From positions 1-29,174 of the IMG/VR virus record IMGVR_UViG_3300024187_000020: a DNA stretch of 29,174 nucleotides; one strand, given 5' to 3'. Below are positions 1 to 7,653 of the stretch, one piece after another; position 1 is the first letter of the stretch; each line of letters opens with the position of its first letter. Position numbers and translations under genes: made by a program. The stretch comes from a virus. Its lineage: Duplodnaviria > Caudoviricetes. A model generated the notes under the pieces. It worked only from the letters and a program-made list of their open reading frames with translations, made no database searches and was not told where the DNA came from.

Positions 1-2
1 CG

Positions 3-230
3 GCCGCCCGCGTCGCGACCACCGTGACGGTCTCCGGGTCCGGATCCTCGGCGAAGTACCAGGCGTCCGCGACGCTGCCGTCGACGTCGACGCAGGCGAT
101 CACCGAAACCGGTCTGTTCAACCAGGCGACGCTCGGCGGTGGCTCACTGTTCGTGCACGCTGTGTTCGCCGCGATCAACGTCGTCTCGGGCGATTCGATC
201 GCGTTCACGATCACGATCGATCCCGCGTAG
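3..230 (+). CDS. Virion/minor tail protein, C-terminal part (5' end outside window)
   Basis: Frame is open from window start (AARVATTVTV...). The C-terminal pattern ITETGLFN...LFVHAVFAAINVVSGDSIAFT is typical of small beta-rich phage tail proteins. Confidence 0.65.
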   Translation, partial: AARVATTVTVSGSGSSAKYQASATLPSTSTQAITETGLFNQATLGGGSLFVHAVFAAINVVSGDSIAFTITIDPA

Positions 231-239
231 GAAGCATCC

Positions 240-2978
240 GTGGCGAGTCCGTGGACCCGCACGCAGGCCACGCCGGTCGCCTCATCAACGGGCACCGGCT
301 CTCTCGGCCTAGTGTGGGGCGCGCCGACGGTCGCCGGCCACAATCTGATCGCGATGATCGCGGTCAACGCGCCGGCGACGCCGCCGGACGTGACCAAGCC
401 GGTCGGCTCCGAGTGGGTCGCGGGGCCCGTCGTCAAGCTCGCGTCGAACCTGACCGTCGCGGTGTTTTACATCTCCGCCGCGATCGCCCACAGCGGCACG
501 GAGACGTGGGGCCTGTCCACCGGCAGCCGCGACATGGTCGGGATCATGGTCGAGTACGCCCACTCGGGCGGCGCGGGGATCAAACTCGATCAGTCCCAGA
601 CGGGGAGCAATACGGGCAGCACGTCGCCGTCGACCGGGACCACCTCGGGTTCGACGGCCGGGCCGAACGACCTCGTGGTCTCGGTGATCGGCAACGTCAA
701 CACTTCGACCGAGACCTCGCCGGCGGGCACGCCGACGGGGACGTTCGCGACCATCAGCAACGGCATCTCCGCCAACGCGACGGCCTCGAGCCGCGTCCAG
801 GGCTATTTCTACGAGAACAAGGCCACGGCCGCCGGCACCGCTGAGACGCACGCCACGCTCGGGACCTCGCGCGCATGGGCCGCGGTCATCGCCGCGTTCC
901 TGCCCCTGTACACGCAATCGATCGCTGCATCGCTGACGGGCACGCCTGCCGCGTCGCGGGCGACGTCGCACGGTATCGCCGTCGCCTCGTCCCCGTGGTT
1001 CCCGCTCTCGTCCAGGTCCACGGCGAAGGGCGCCAGCGTGGGCACGACGTTATCTCCCGTCTCTGCGCAGACCACGTCCGTGCCGGTGGCAGTCGGGGCC
1101 GCGCTGACCCCGGTATCCACGCAGGTGACGTCGAAACCGATCGCCGTCCCTTCCCCGACGTTCACGCCGGTCACCGTGCGCGTCACGTCGAAGACGCTGG
1201 CGGTGGCCGCCGGTCTCGGCTGGGGCCGCGCGATCAAGCGCACGCCGGGCAAGGCGCTGGCGGTGGGGCTCACCGGCACGCCCGCCGGGGTGCGCGCGGC
1301 CCTGAAGGCGCTGGCGCTCACCTCCGTGTTCACGCCGGCGACGAACCAGTCCTCCGAGCGACCGGGCGTCGGCTGGGGCGGACCGTGGGGCGAGGTCCCA
1401 TGGGGCGGCATGGTCACGCCGGGCATCGGCGGGCGGCCGCTCATCGGGCGCGACGAGTTCCCGGACGAGCTGCCGCCGTACGAGCATCGCATCATTGGAC
1501 CCAACGGCCTCACGGACTCCCCCGAAATCATCGCCGGGTTCTACGCCGACGAGGACGTGGGCTTCGCGCAGCTCGTGGGCACCGTCGAAGCCGAGCGCGT
1601 GCGCGATCAGCCGGACATCTACACCGACGGCGCGCAGTGGATCGTCACGGACTCCTCGACGGGGCTCGTTGTGGCGGCCGGCGACCTGCTGACCCCGGCG
1701 TTCGGTGGTGGGGCGGCGGCACTGAAGGCCGACGGCTGGGCCAAGCGCCTGCTCCGCAAGGGCGAGCGCCTGATGTACGCGGCCGCCGGCAACTACGGCG
1801 CCACGTGGGTGCCGAAGAACAGCGAGCCGTTCGGCCCGAGCGGGCGGGGCTACTACGCGCCGGGCTCTGACAAGTTCCAGATCGACTCCAACGGGGCGCT
1901 GCGCTGGAAGATCAGCAAGGGCACGGATGGGTGGACCGAAGGCGACCAGCACGGGTTCATCGCCGTGTTCATCGGCCTCCGCCCCGGCGTCACGCGCGTG
2001 AAGGGCCATCTGCACTCCACGGTCGACGGCGTGAACTTCCGGCTGATGCTCTACTCGACCGACAGCGTCGAGGGGCTGTTCGGCACCGGCGTCGAGCTCG
2101 CCAACTTCACGAGCGGCGGTTCGGACGCGGACTTCGACGCTGCTGTGGACCCCGTCGATCCTGTCGTGGTGCTGCAGATCGAACGCACGACCACGGGCAC
2201 TACGACCCAGGACGTCGAGCTGACGGCGACCGGGCTGTGGGAGTACGGCATCGCCAGCGACGACCGCTGGTCGGCATCGGACGTCGGGAGGGACATCGCG
2301 GGGCGGCTGGGCTTCGCCACGCGGATCAAGGAATCGTCGCTCAGCGTGCTGCCGCTCGACTCCGGTGCCGACGGCGTCTACGCCGACCCGCTCGACCTGG
2401 CCTGCCTGCTCTCGGGCATGTTCTACCGGGTGCTCGGGATCGAGCCGGGGATCCCGATGCTGGAGATGCGCCACATCGGCTCTGTGCAGTGGGAGATCAT
2501 CGATCCGGAGTTCAGCATCTCGCCGATCCCGCTGCCGCGGTTCGACAGCGTCCTGGTGCCGTACACGCTCTCCAACGGCGTCGCCCAGGGCGTGCTCGAA
2601 GTGCGCGCCGACTCGATCGACCAGCCCATGCTTCCGATCAGCCGCGCCTACGGTCCCATCTCACTGCCCGACCCGCTGCCGAACGCGGACAACGCGCAGC
2701 TGCTGGGCCAGCGCCTGCTCGAGCGCGTGTACCCGCCGCGGTTCGCTGGGCAGGCGACGTTCAGCCGCGTGTACGGCGACGGTGGAATCGCGTCGGCGCA
2801 CGAGGTCCACTCCCAGGACACGATCGTGTTGCCGCTGAACGCCGGACTGGCGCTGCAGACTAAGAGCCTTCACCGAGAGGGCGGGTTCGCCCAGGTGACC
2901 TTCGACGACGGCGCGCTGCCGGTCGACCGGATGGTCGCGCGGAAGACGCGACAGATCCTGCTCAAGCACCCCGCATGA
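240..2978 (+). CDS. Large minor tail / host-recognition protein (912 aa, multi-domain)
   Basis: Long ORF with strong GC3 bias, directly before the lysis genes. Ser/Thr/Gly-rich beta N-domain, repeat linker, GWGGPWGEVPWGG motif and tail-like C-half. Confidence 0.7.
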   Translation: MASPWTRTQATPVASSTGTGSLGLVWGAPTVAGHNLIAMIAVNAPATPPDVTKPVGSEWVAGPVVKLASNLTVAVFYISAAIAHSGTETWGLSTGSRDMVGIMVEYAHSGGAGIKLDQSQTGSNTGSTSPSTGTTSGSTAGPNDLVVSVIGNVNTSTETSPAGTPTGTFATISNGISANATASSRVQGYFYENKATAAGTAETHATLGTSRAWAAVIAAFLPLYTQSIAASLTGTPAASRATSHGIAVASSPWFPLSSRSTAKGASVGTTLSPVSAQTTSVPVAVGAALTPVSTQVTSKPIAVPSPTFTPVTVRVTSKTLAVAAGLGWGRAIKRTPGKALAVGLTGTPAGVRAALKALALTSVFTPATNQSSERPGVGWGGPWGEVPWGGMVTPGIGGRPLIGRDEFPDELPPYEHRIIGPNGLTDSPEIIAGFYADEDVGFAQLVGTVEAERVRDQPDIYTDGAQWIVTDSSTGLVVAAGDLLTPAFGGGAAALKADGWAKRLLRKGERLMYAAAGNYGATWVPKNSEPFGPSGRGYYAPGSDKFQIDSNGALRWKISKGTDGWTEGDQHGFIAVFIGLRPGVTRVKGHLHSTVDGVNFRLMLYSTDSVEGLFGTGVELANFTSGGSDADFDAAVDPVDPVVVLQIERTTTGTTTQDVELTATGLWEYGIASDDRWSASDVGRDIAGRLGFATRIKESSLSVLPLDSGADGVYADPLDLACLLSGMFYRVLGIEPGIPMLEMRHIGSVQWEIIDPEFSISPIPLPRFDSVLVPYTLSNGVAQGVLEVRADSIDQPMLPISRAYGPISLPDPLPNADNAQLLGQRLLERVYPPRFAGQATFSRVYGDGGIASAHEVHSQDTIVLPLNAGLALQTKSLHREGGFAQVTFDDGALPVDRMVARKTRQILLKHPA
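918..1361 (+). repeat. About 8 degenerate 18-20 aa protein repeats in the tail protein
   Basis: SIAASLTGTPAASRATSH / GIAVASSPWFPLSSRSTAK / GASVGTTLSPVSAQTTSV / PVAVGAALTPVSTQVTSK / PIAVPSPTFTPVTVRVTSK / TLAVAAGLGWGRAIKRTPGK / ALAVGLTGTPAGVRAALK / ALALTSVFTPATNQSSER. Confidence 0.7.
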
Positions 2979-3022
2979 TCGCCCTCGCCGCCGTGGCGGC
3001 CCGACGGGAGTAGGAGGCCGGC

Positions 3023-3301
3023 GTGCCGGACCACGTGCACGAAGACGTCAACCGGCGCCTGACCACGCTCGAGCGCTCCATGGTGACTCGCGACGTCATG
3101 CAGGCCACCGGCGAGACGCAGCGCGAGACCTTCAAGCGCATCGAGCAGAAGATCGACGATCTCCGCAAGGACTTCGACGACGCCGAGCAGGATCGCCGCG
3201 ACAGTGCCCGCTCGCTACGGAACCTCGTGATCGCCGCCATGCTCTCGGGCGTCATCTCCCTGATCGTCGGCGTGGTGCTGTTCCTCGTGTCCCATCACTG
3301 A
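3023..3301 (+). CDS. Coiled-coil protein with C-terminal TM helix (lysis-cassette membrane protein, holin-like)
   Basis: RBS AGGAGG before GTG; heptad-like charged region followed by LVIAAMLSGVISLIVGVVLFLV. Confidence 0.7.
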   Translation: MPDHVHEDVNRRLTTLERSMVTRDVMQATGETQRETFKRIEQKIDDLRKDFDDAEQDRRDSARSLRNLVIAAMLSGVISLIVGVVLFLVSHH

Positions 3302-3756
3302 TGGAGGGAGACATCCTCGCAATGACCGAAGCTGACCGCCGCTCGACCCGCAGGTTCCGCACGTTCACCTCGATCGTTGTCGGGATCCTGGTCGCCGGCA
3401 CGATTGCCCTCCAGCTGGTGGTGCTGTTCACACTCGTCGGCGAGAACCGACAGTCGAACGCGCACCTCAATCACATCACCACCGGCAACGTGCTGGCCGG
3501 CTTCGAGTCGAGGAAACAGACGCGATGCGTGGCCAGGGAGGCACAGGCGACGCTCCTGCGGATCCTGCTCGCACCGCGGCCGGCCGGGAGCCCGCAGCTG
3601 ACGCCCGACGAGATGGCCAGGATCAGGGCGCTCATCCCTCTTCCTTCGGTCCGCGTTCGAAACGGGGACGGGACGATCACCGTCCTCAATTGCGACCGGA
3701 TCATCCGTGAGGCGTTGCCGGGTCTGCCCGAAGGGATCGCGCCGGCCGGAACGTAG
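3301..3756 (+). CDS. Membrane-anchored protein of the lysis region
   Basis: TGATG coupling (alternative ATG at 3322 with GGAGGGAG RBS); N-terminal TM helix; two Cys in the extracytoplasmic part. Confidence 0.65.
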   Translation: MEGDILAMTEADRRSTRRFRTFTSIVVGILVAGTIALQLVVLFTLVGENRQSNAHLNHITTGNVLAGFESRKQTRCVAREAQATLLRILLAPRPAGSPQLTPDEMARIRALIPLPSVRVRNGDGTITVLNCDRIIREALPGLPEGIAPAGT

Positions 3757-3760
3757 CGGG

Positions 3761-3949
3761 TTGGAGGATCCGGCGCCCGCGCTGCTCCGGCTCGTGATCG
3801 ACACATCTGATGGTGAGCGCGTCTTTCTGCTCGAGCAGGAGGGCGACCACTGGCTCGTGATCTATCAGGACCGCGTCTACGTCGCGCGCGCCATCGGAAG
3901 CCGCCAGCGGGCGGAGAAGCCCGTTCGAACGAGGAAGGCCCTGCCATGA
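3761..3949 (+). CDS. Small hypothetical protein (start uncertain)
   Basis: Fills the gap; its stop overlaps the endolysin ATG (ATGA); protein-like composition (LRLVIDTSDGERVFLLEQEGDHWLVIY). Confidence 0.5.
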   Translation: MEDPAPALLRLVIDTSDGERVFLLEQEGDHWLVIYQDRVYVARAIGSRQRAEKPVRTRKALP

Positions 3950-4911
3950 CGCTCTTGCTCCAGGACCGCTACCACGGCAACGGCGACATCCCTGTGACCG
4001 CGCTCGCGAACGATCCGGACTGCGCCGGCGTCATCGTGAAGGTGTTCGAGGGCGAGTCCTACGACACGTCGTGGTTCCTCACCTGGTGGCCACAGCTGCT
4101 GAAGGCGCTCGACGACGGGAAGTTCGAGGCCGTCGGCGCCTATGACTGGGTGCTGTTCCACGAGGACGGCGCGCAGCAGTTCGCGGATGCGAAGGCGGTC
4201 GTCGACCGGTTCGGCGGCTGGGAGCGCCGCGGGGTGCTTCCCCCGATCGCCGACATCGAACGCGGCGACCAGCACACACCGATCATCGCGAGCCGCGTGC
4301 TCGCTTCATGCAAGGCATGGACCGCGGCCGCGGCGAAGGCGGGGTTCACCCGCCGGATTCAGTACGGGCGGTCGTTGCAGCGCGATCTCGGGATCTCCGA
4401 CCACATGGGGTTCACCGACCTGTGGACGCCCCGGTATAACGGCAACAACTGGACCGGATGGCAGACGTGGCTCGGCGAGCCGCCACTGCCCGGGTGGCAC
4501 CTGTCCGACGTCCGGCTCTGGCAGGGCACCAACGGCCGCGAGGGGCCCGTCACGACCCTCGGCGGCCAGAAGCTCGACACGTCCCTGTGGACCGGCTCGC
4601 TCGACGAGCTGCACGCGTTCGCGGGGCTCACCAACCCAGGAGGAGGCGACGACGACATGACCGACGATCAGATCGCGCAGGCCCTCGGGTTCGCCGACGC
4701 TGGCAGCGCGAAGCAGCGGATGGCCTTCATGAAGGGCCAGGACGACGCGGCCAAGACCCCGCCGGTGAACACCCCGCCCGCCGACCCGAAGCAGGCGGCG
4801 GAGTACGCCCGCGGCCATGCCCTCGCGACGAACGCGCTCGCGGGCGGAGGCGGCGGGCTGCCGGAGCACACGCACGACACGGAGGGCAAGACGGGAGGCG
4901 TGAGCGCATGA
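3946..4911 (+). CDS. Endolysin, GH25 (Chalaropsis-type lysozyme) domain plus C-terminal extension
   Basis: GH25 pattern: N-terminal D (QDRYHGNG), VIVKVFEG, GAY, PPIADIE (DxE), LWTPRY, LWQ, LDTS. Followed by a holin-like gene. Confidence 0.85.
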   Translation: MTLLLQDRYHGNGDIPVTALANDPDCAGVIVKVFEGESYDTSWFLTWWPQLLKALDDGKFEAVGAYDWVLFHEDGAQQFADAKAVVDRFGGWERRGVLPPIADIERGDQHTPIIASRVLASCKAWTAAAAKAGFTRRIQYGRSLQRDLGISDHMGFTDLWTPRYNGNNWTGWQTWLGEPPLPGWHLSDVRLWQGTNGREGPVTTLGGQKLDTSLWTGSLDELHAFAGLTNPGGGDDDMTDDQIAQALGFADAGSAKQRMAFMKGQDDAAKTPPVNTPPADPKQAAEYARGHALATNALAGGGGGLPEHTHDTEGKTGGVSA

Positions 4912-5093
4912 AGCGACTGCTGTGTTTCGTCCGCACCTACGCGAAGGCGATCGGCGCTGCAGGCGGCGCGGTCGTCTCTCTGATCGCCGCGCACGTCGCC
5001 GGGCTTCCCGCGGGTTGGGCCGTCGCCGCGCCGGCAGCGATCACGACGGCGCTCGTGTATCTGATCCCCAACACGGACTGTCCGCCAGCCTGA
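4908..5093 (+). CDS. Holin (2 TM)
   Basis: ATGA overlap with endolysin and RBS GGGAGG. YAKAIGA...ALVYLIPN is a typical actinophage holin signature. Confidence 0.75.
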   Translation: MKRLLCFVRTYAKAIGAAGGAVVSLIAAHVAGLPAGWAVAAPAAITTALVYLIPNTDCPPA

Positions 5094-5095
5094 TC

Positions 5096-5115
5096 CGTTT
5101 CACACATGTGAAACG
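5096..5115. repeat. Perfect 9-bp inverted repeat CGTTTCACA-CA-TGTGAAACG
   Basis: Read directly; an AT-rich palindrome in a high-GC genome. Confidence 0.8.
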
Positions 5116-5170
5116 CGCCCCTCGGCCTTTTCGTTCTCCCTCGGGAGGGCGAATCGCCGGGGGGCGCTTT
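5115..5170 (+). terminator. Long GC-rich hairpin ending the late operon
   Basis: Outer stem GCGCCCCTCGGC/GCCGGGGGGCGC, inner stem TTCGTTCTCC/GGAGGGCGAA (G-U wobbles), then TTT; immediately after the holin. Confidence 0.7.
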
Positions 5171-5178
5171 GCTATTCT
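5170..5178 (+). promoter_or_regulatory. Extended -10 promoter (TGcTATTCT) for the endonuclease VII gene
   Basis: TGn + TATTCT 10 nt upstream of ATG 5189; no SD sequence. Confidence 0.45.
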
Positions 5179-5188
5179 CCCGTTCGGA

Positions 5189-5620
5189 ATGGGAGCTTGG
5201 GTACACCGACTCTTGGAGGTCAACCCCGACACGCGCGAAGGCGTGTGTTCGACCTGCGGGCCCGTGCGTCTCAAGAAGAACCATGACCGATGGCGGTGCC
5301 GACCTGGAGCGAGGGCCTTTGAGCGGAAGGGCCGGAGTCGCGCCGAGTTGGCTCAACGTGATGCGCTCGCAGCCGCGCAATCTGGCCTGTGCGCGATCTG
5401 CGGGTCGCCGCTCGGAGAGGACGCCAGCCTTGACCATTCGCACCGGACAGGTTTTGTCCGCGGGATGCTTTGTCGGAAGTGCAACGTGGGCCTCGGCTGT
5501 TTCGACGACGACCTAGACCGTCTCCGTGCTGCCGCCGAGTACGTTCTCACGGACACCGGGCAACCGTTGATCGGACTGGCGCGGTGGGTCGCCAAGCGGC
5601 GGGGGCGTCTCCCCGTCTAA
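5189..5620 (+). CDS. Endonuclease VII domain protein
   Basis: QSGLCAIC...SLDHSHRTGFVRGMLCRKCNVGLG...DDLDRLRAAAEYV matches the Endonuclease_7 signature. The real start is likely ATG 5189, not 4922. Confidence 0.9.
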   Translation: MGAWVHRLLEVNPDTREGVCSTCGPVRLKKNHDRWRCRPGARAFERKGRSRAELAQRDALAAAQSGLCAICGSPLGEDASLDHSHRTGFVRGMLCRKCNVGLGCFDDDLDRLRAAAEYVLTDTGQPLIGLARWVAKRRGRLPV

Positions 5621-5645
5621 TTCGGGTCGGGGGGCGCGTTCGCGT

Positions 5646-6101
5646 TCAGCGGGCGAGGTGCTGCAGGACCGCGTCAGCGATGAGCGCGGCAGCTGCCAGA
5701 CCGAGCGCAAGGACCAGGATCCACCGCAACCGCCAACCCGTCTTCTGGGGAGCGTCCGGCCGGTCCGGCGCTTGGGAGCGCGGCGGGAAAGGGGCAGGCG
5801 GGACCGCGGGCATGCTATTGCGTCGCCAGGGCAGCGTGTAGTTGCAGCCGATATCCCCGAAGCACTGGCGAGACAGGGTCTTCAGCGAAGCGCTGAACTC
5901 ACTCAGCGTTGGAGTGTCGTACAGCGGAGGCGGTGGGGCGAAGGACGTGGTCGGGATCGCCGACGGAGTCGACAACGACGACGGACTGGCGCTCGGCGAC
6001 GGCGCGCTGGTCGCCTGAATGACCACCGTTCTCGTGCAGCCCGTAAGAGCGAGGATGCACCCGGCCAGAATCAGGAGTCTTTTCCCCACGCGCGGCATCA
6101 T
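5646..6101 (-). CDS. Lipoprotein / membrane protein next to integrase (possible superinfection exclusion)
   Basis: Signal peptide with lipobox LTGC, S/P/T linker, LKTLSRQCFGDIGCNYT motif and C-terminal TM helix; coupled to the integrase stop. Confidence 0.6.
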   Translation of the reverse strand: MMPRVGKRLLILAGCILALTGCTRTVVIQATSAPSPSASPSSLSTPSAIPTTSFAPPPPLYDTPTLSEFSASLKTLSRQCFGDIGCNYTLPWRRNSMPAVPPAPFPPRSQAPDRPDAPQKTGWRLRWILVLALGLAAAALIADAVLQHLAR

Positions 6102-7006
6102 GCACCGCCGGCGCTGATCGCTGCAAGCGCCAACGAGGCACGAGCGCCAGCACGGTCCATCGCCTCCCGCTTGTCGCTGTCGAGCACGGCGAAATACCGC
6201 TGCGTCGTGACGAGCTTCGCGTGGCCGAGGATCCGCCTCACGACCTCCGGCGGCGTCCCGTCGCGCATCATGTCGGTCGCGCCGGTCGCCCGCAGGATGT
6301 GCGAGTGCGTTTTCGGCTCGGGGATGCCTGCACGCTTCGCGGCCTGGTCAACCCATCCGCTGATCTGACCCGGCGAGACCCCAACGATGTAGCCGCCCTC
6401 GCGCCGCCCCTTCCGCGCGAACCGCATGGGCAGTGTTCGAATCTCGGCCAGCACGGCGATCGCTTCGTCCGGGAGCGGGATGTCGCGGACGCGGCCGCCC
6501 TTCGTGGTCGTGAGGCGAACGACCGGCCCTTCCGTCGACGTCACGACATCGGCCCACCGCAGGCCGGCCAGCTCCATTCGCCGGAGGGCCAGGACGTAGC
6601 CGAGCAGGACGCATAACGCCGTCCGCCGTCCGCGCCAGCGTTCGACTTCGGTGACGAGGCGGCCGAGCTCGTCCTGCGTGAGCGACAAGGGATCGGGGGG
6701 CGGCTCGTACTTCACCGTGATTCCGTTCATGGGGTTGACGTGTTCGAACAGCAGGCCCTCGAAGTCGCACCAGCGGAAGAAGGACAGGAGCGCCGCGTGC
6801 GTGTGGGCCTTCGCCGCGCCCGTCGGCACGTAGCGCCCGAAGTACGCGGTGACGTGGTTCCGGCTGATCGCGTCGATCGGCGATCGAGCGAGCCGCGCGC
6901 GGCCGAGAAACCGCCAGACGGCATCGGTGTACTGACGGTGGGTGGATTCGCAGGCTTCCCCTGCGAGTGAGTCCGACCAGCCTTCCCAGGCAGCGATGGC
7001 GTCCAT
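6098..7006 (-). CDS. int: Tyrosine recombinase/integrase (302 aa, XerC/D-sized, no arm-binding domain)
   Basis: Catalytic R (ALRRMEL), K (TTKGG), HILR, LGH and Y (TTQRY). Confidence 0.92.
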   Translation of the reverse strand: MDAIAAWEGWSDSLAGEACESTHRQYTDAVWRFLGRARLARSPIDAISRNHVTAYFGRYVPTGAAKAHTHAALLSFFRWCDFEGLLFEHVNPMNGITVKYEPPPDPLSLTQDELGRLVTEVERWRGRRTALCVLLGYVLALRRMELAGLRWADVVTSTEGPVVRLTTTKGGRVRDIPLPDEAIAVLAEIRTLPMRFARKGRREGGYIVGVSPGQISGWVDQAAKRAGIPEPKTHSHILRATGATDMMRDGTPPEVVRRILGHAKLVTTQRYFAVLDSDKREAMDRAGARASLALAAISAGGA

Positions 7007-7015
7007 GAGGCGGGG

Positions 7016-7021
7016 AATCTA
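7016..7021 (-). promoter_or_regulatory. Candidate -10 (TAGATT) for near-leaderless integrase transcript
   Basis: Minus strand reads TAGATT-ccccgcctc-ATG; no SD; no convincing -35. Confidence 0.4.
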
Positions 7022-7063
7022 CGGCGACCCACTGTCACGAATTACACCAATGTGAGAGGAGGT

Positions 7064-7342
7064 TCACGCGGCAACCCCGGCGGACACCAACGTGCCGTAA
7101 GGGCCCGACTCTCCGAAGCCTAGCAGCGCGTCTGGCGTCGTTCCCAACGCGCGCGCGATCGCCTCCAGCCTGCGCACCGTCGGGACGGCTTGATCGTTCT
7201 CGTAGCGAGACAGCGCCGAGTTCGGGATGCCCGTGATGCGCTCGACCTGAATGAGCTTGAGGCCGGCCATCCGCCTGGCGACGAGCATGCGGAGCCCGAG
7301 TGTCATGCCGCCCCCGGGGTCCTGGGGAAGTGCCTGGGCCAT
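7064..7342 (-). CDS. XRE/HTH_3 immunity repressor (alternative start 7372)
   Basis: LGLRMLVARRMAGLKLIQVERITGIPNSALSRYEND...LEAIARALGTTPDALLG; SD GAAGGGAG; divergent from cro. Confidence 0.88.
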   Translation of the reverse strand: MAQALPQDPGGGMTLGLRMLVARRMAGLKLIQVERITGIPNSALSRYENDQAVPTVRRLEAIARALGTTPDALLGFGESGPYGTLVSAGVAA

Positions 7343-7387
7343 CTCTTCATCTCCCTTCGTCCGGTGCAACATCCGTGGAGTGTCGCA

Positions 7388-7447
7388 AGATTCCCCCACT
7401 GATTGCCAGATTCCGCTTGACATTAGTTCCCACCGCATGCAGAATCC
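7388..7447. promoter_or_regulatory. Candidate operator repeats AGATTCC (7388, 7408) and AGAATCC (7441)
   Basis: GCnAGATTCC occurs twice at 20-bp spacing in the rep-cro gap, with a variant over the -10 and an inverted copy at 7014-7020. Confidence 0.5.
7417..7445 (+). promoter_or_regulatory. Early lytic promoter (sigma70/SigA type), leaderless cro
   Basis: TTGACA-17 bp-CAGAAT, with the cro ATG 7 nt downstream. Confidence 0.8.
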
Positions 7448-7452
7448 CCCGC

Positions 7453-7653
7453 ATGTCGTCGGACTCCCCGGTACGTGAAGCCCGGATCAGGGCACACCTG
7501 AACGTCAAACAGCTCGCCGAGAAGGCCGGCGTCTCCTACGACGTGATCTACCGCGCCGAGCGCGGATTGTCGATCGGGGACGTGTCGGCGCAGAAGATCG
7601 CGGACGCCCTCGGGCGCGAGCGGACCGAGCTGTTCGCGGAGGCGGTGGCGTGA
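7453..7653 (+). CDS. Cro-like HTH protein
   Basis: VREARIRAHLNVKQLAEKAGVSYDVIYRAERG...AQKIADALG; divergent from the repressor. Confidence 0.88.
   Translation: MSSDSPVREARIRAHLNVKQLAEKAGVSYDVIYRAERGLSIGDVSAQKIADALGRERTELFAEAVA

Noticed and set aside
7064-7130. tRNA fragment as att core in the repressor tail
   Set aside because: No TpsiC (GTTCGA) arm or cloverleaf element on either strand.
7416-7426. Minus-strand TAATGTCAAG resembling a dif XerD arm
   Set aside because: It is the reverse complement of the TTGACA -35 box; no matching XerC arm.
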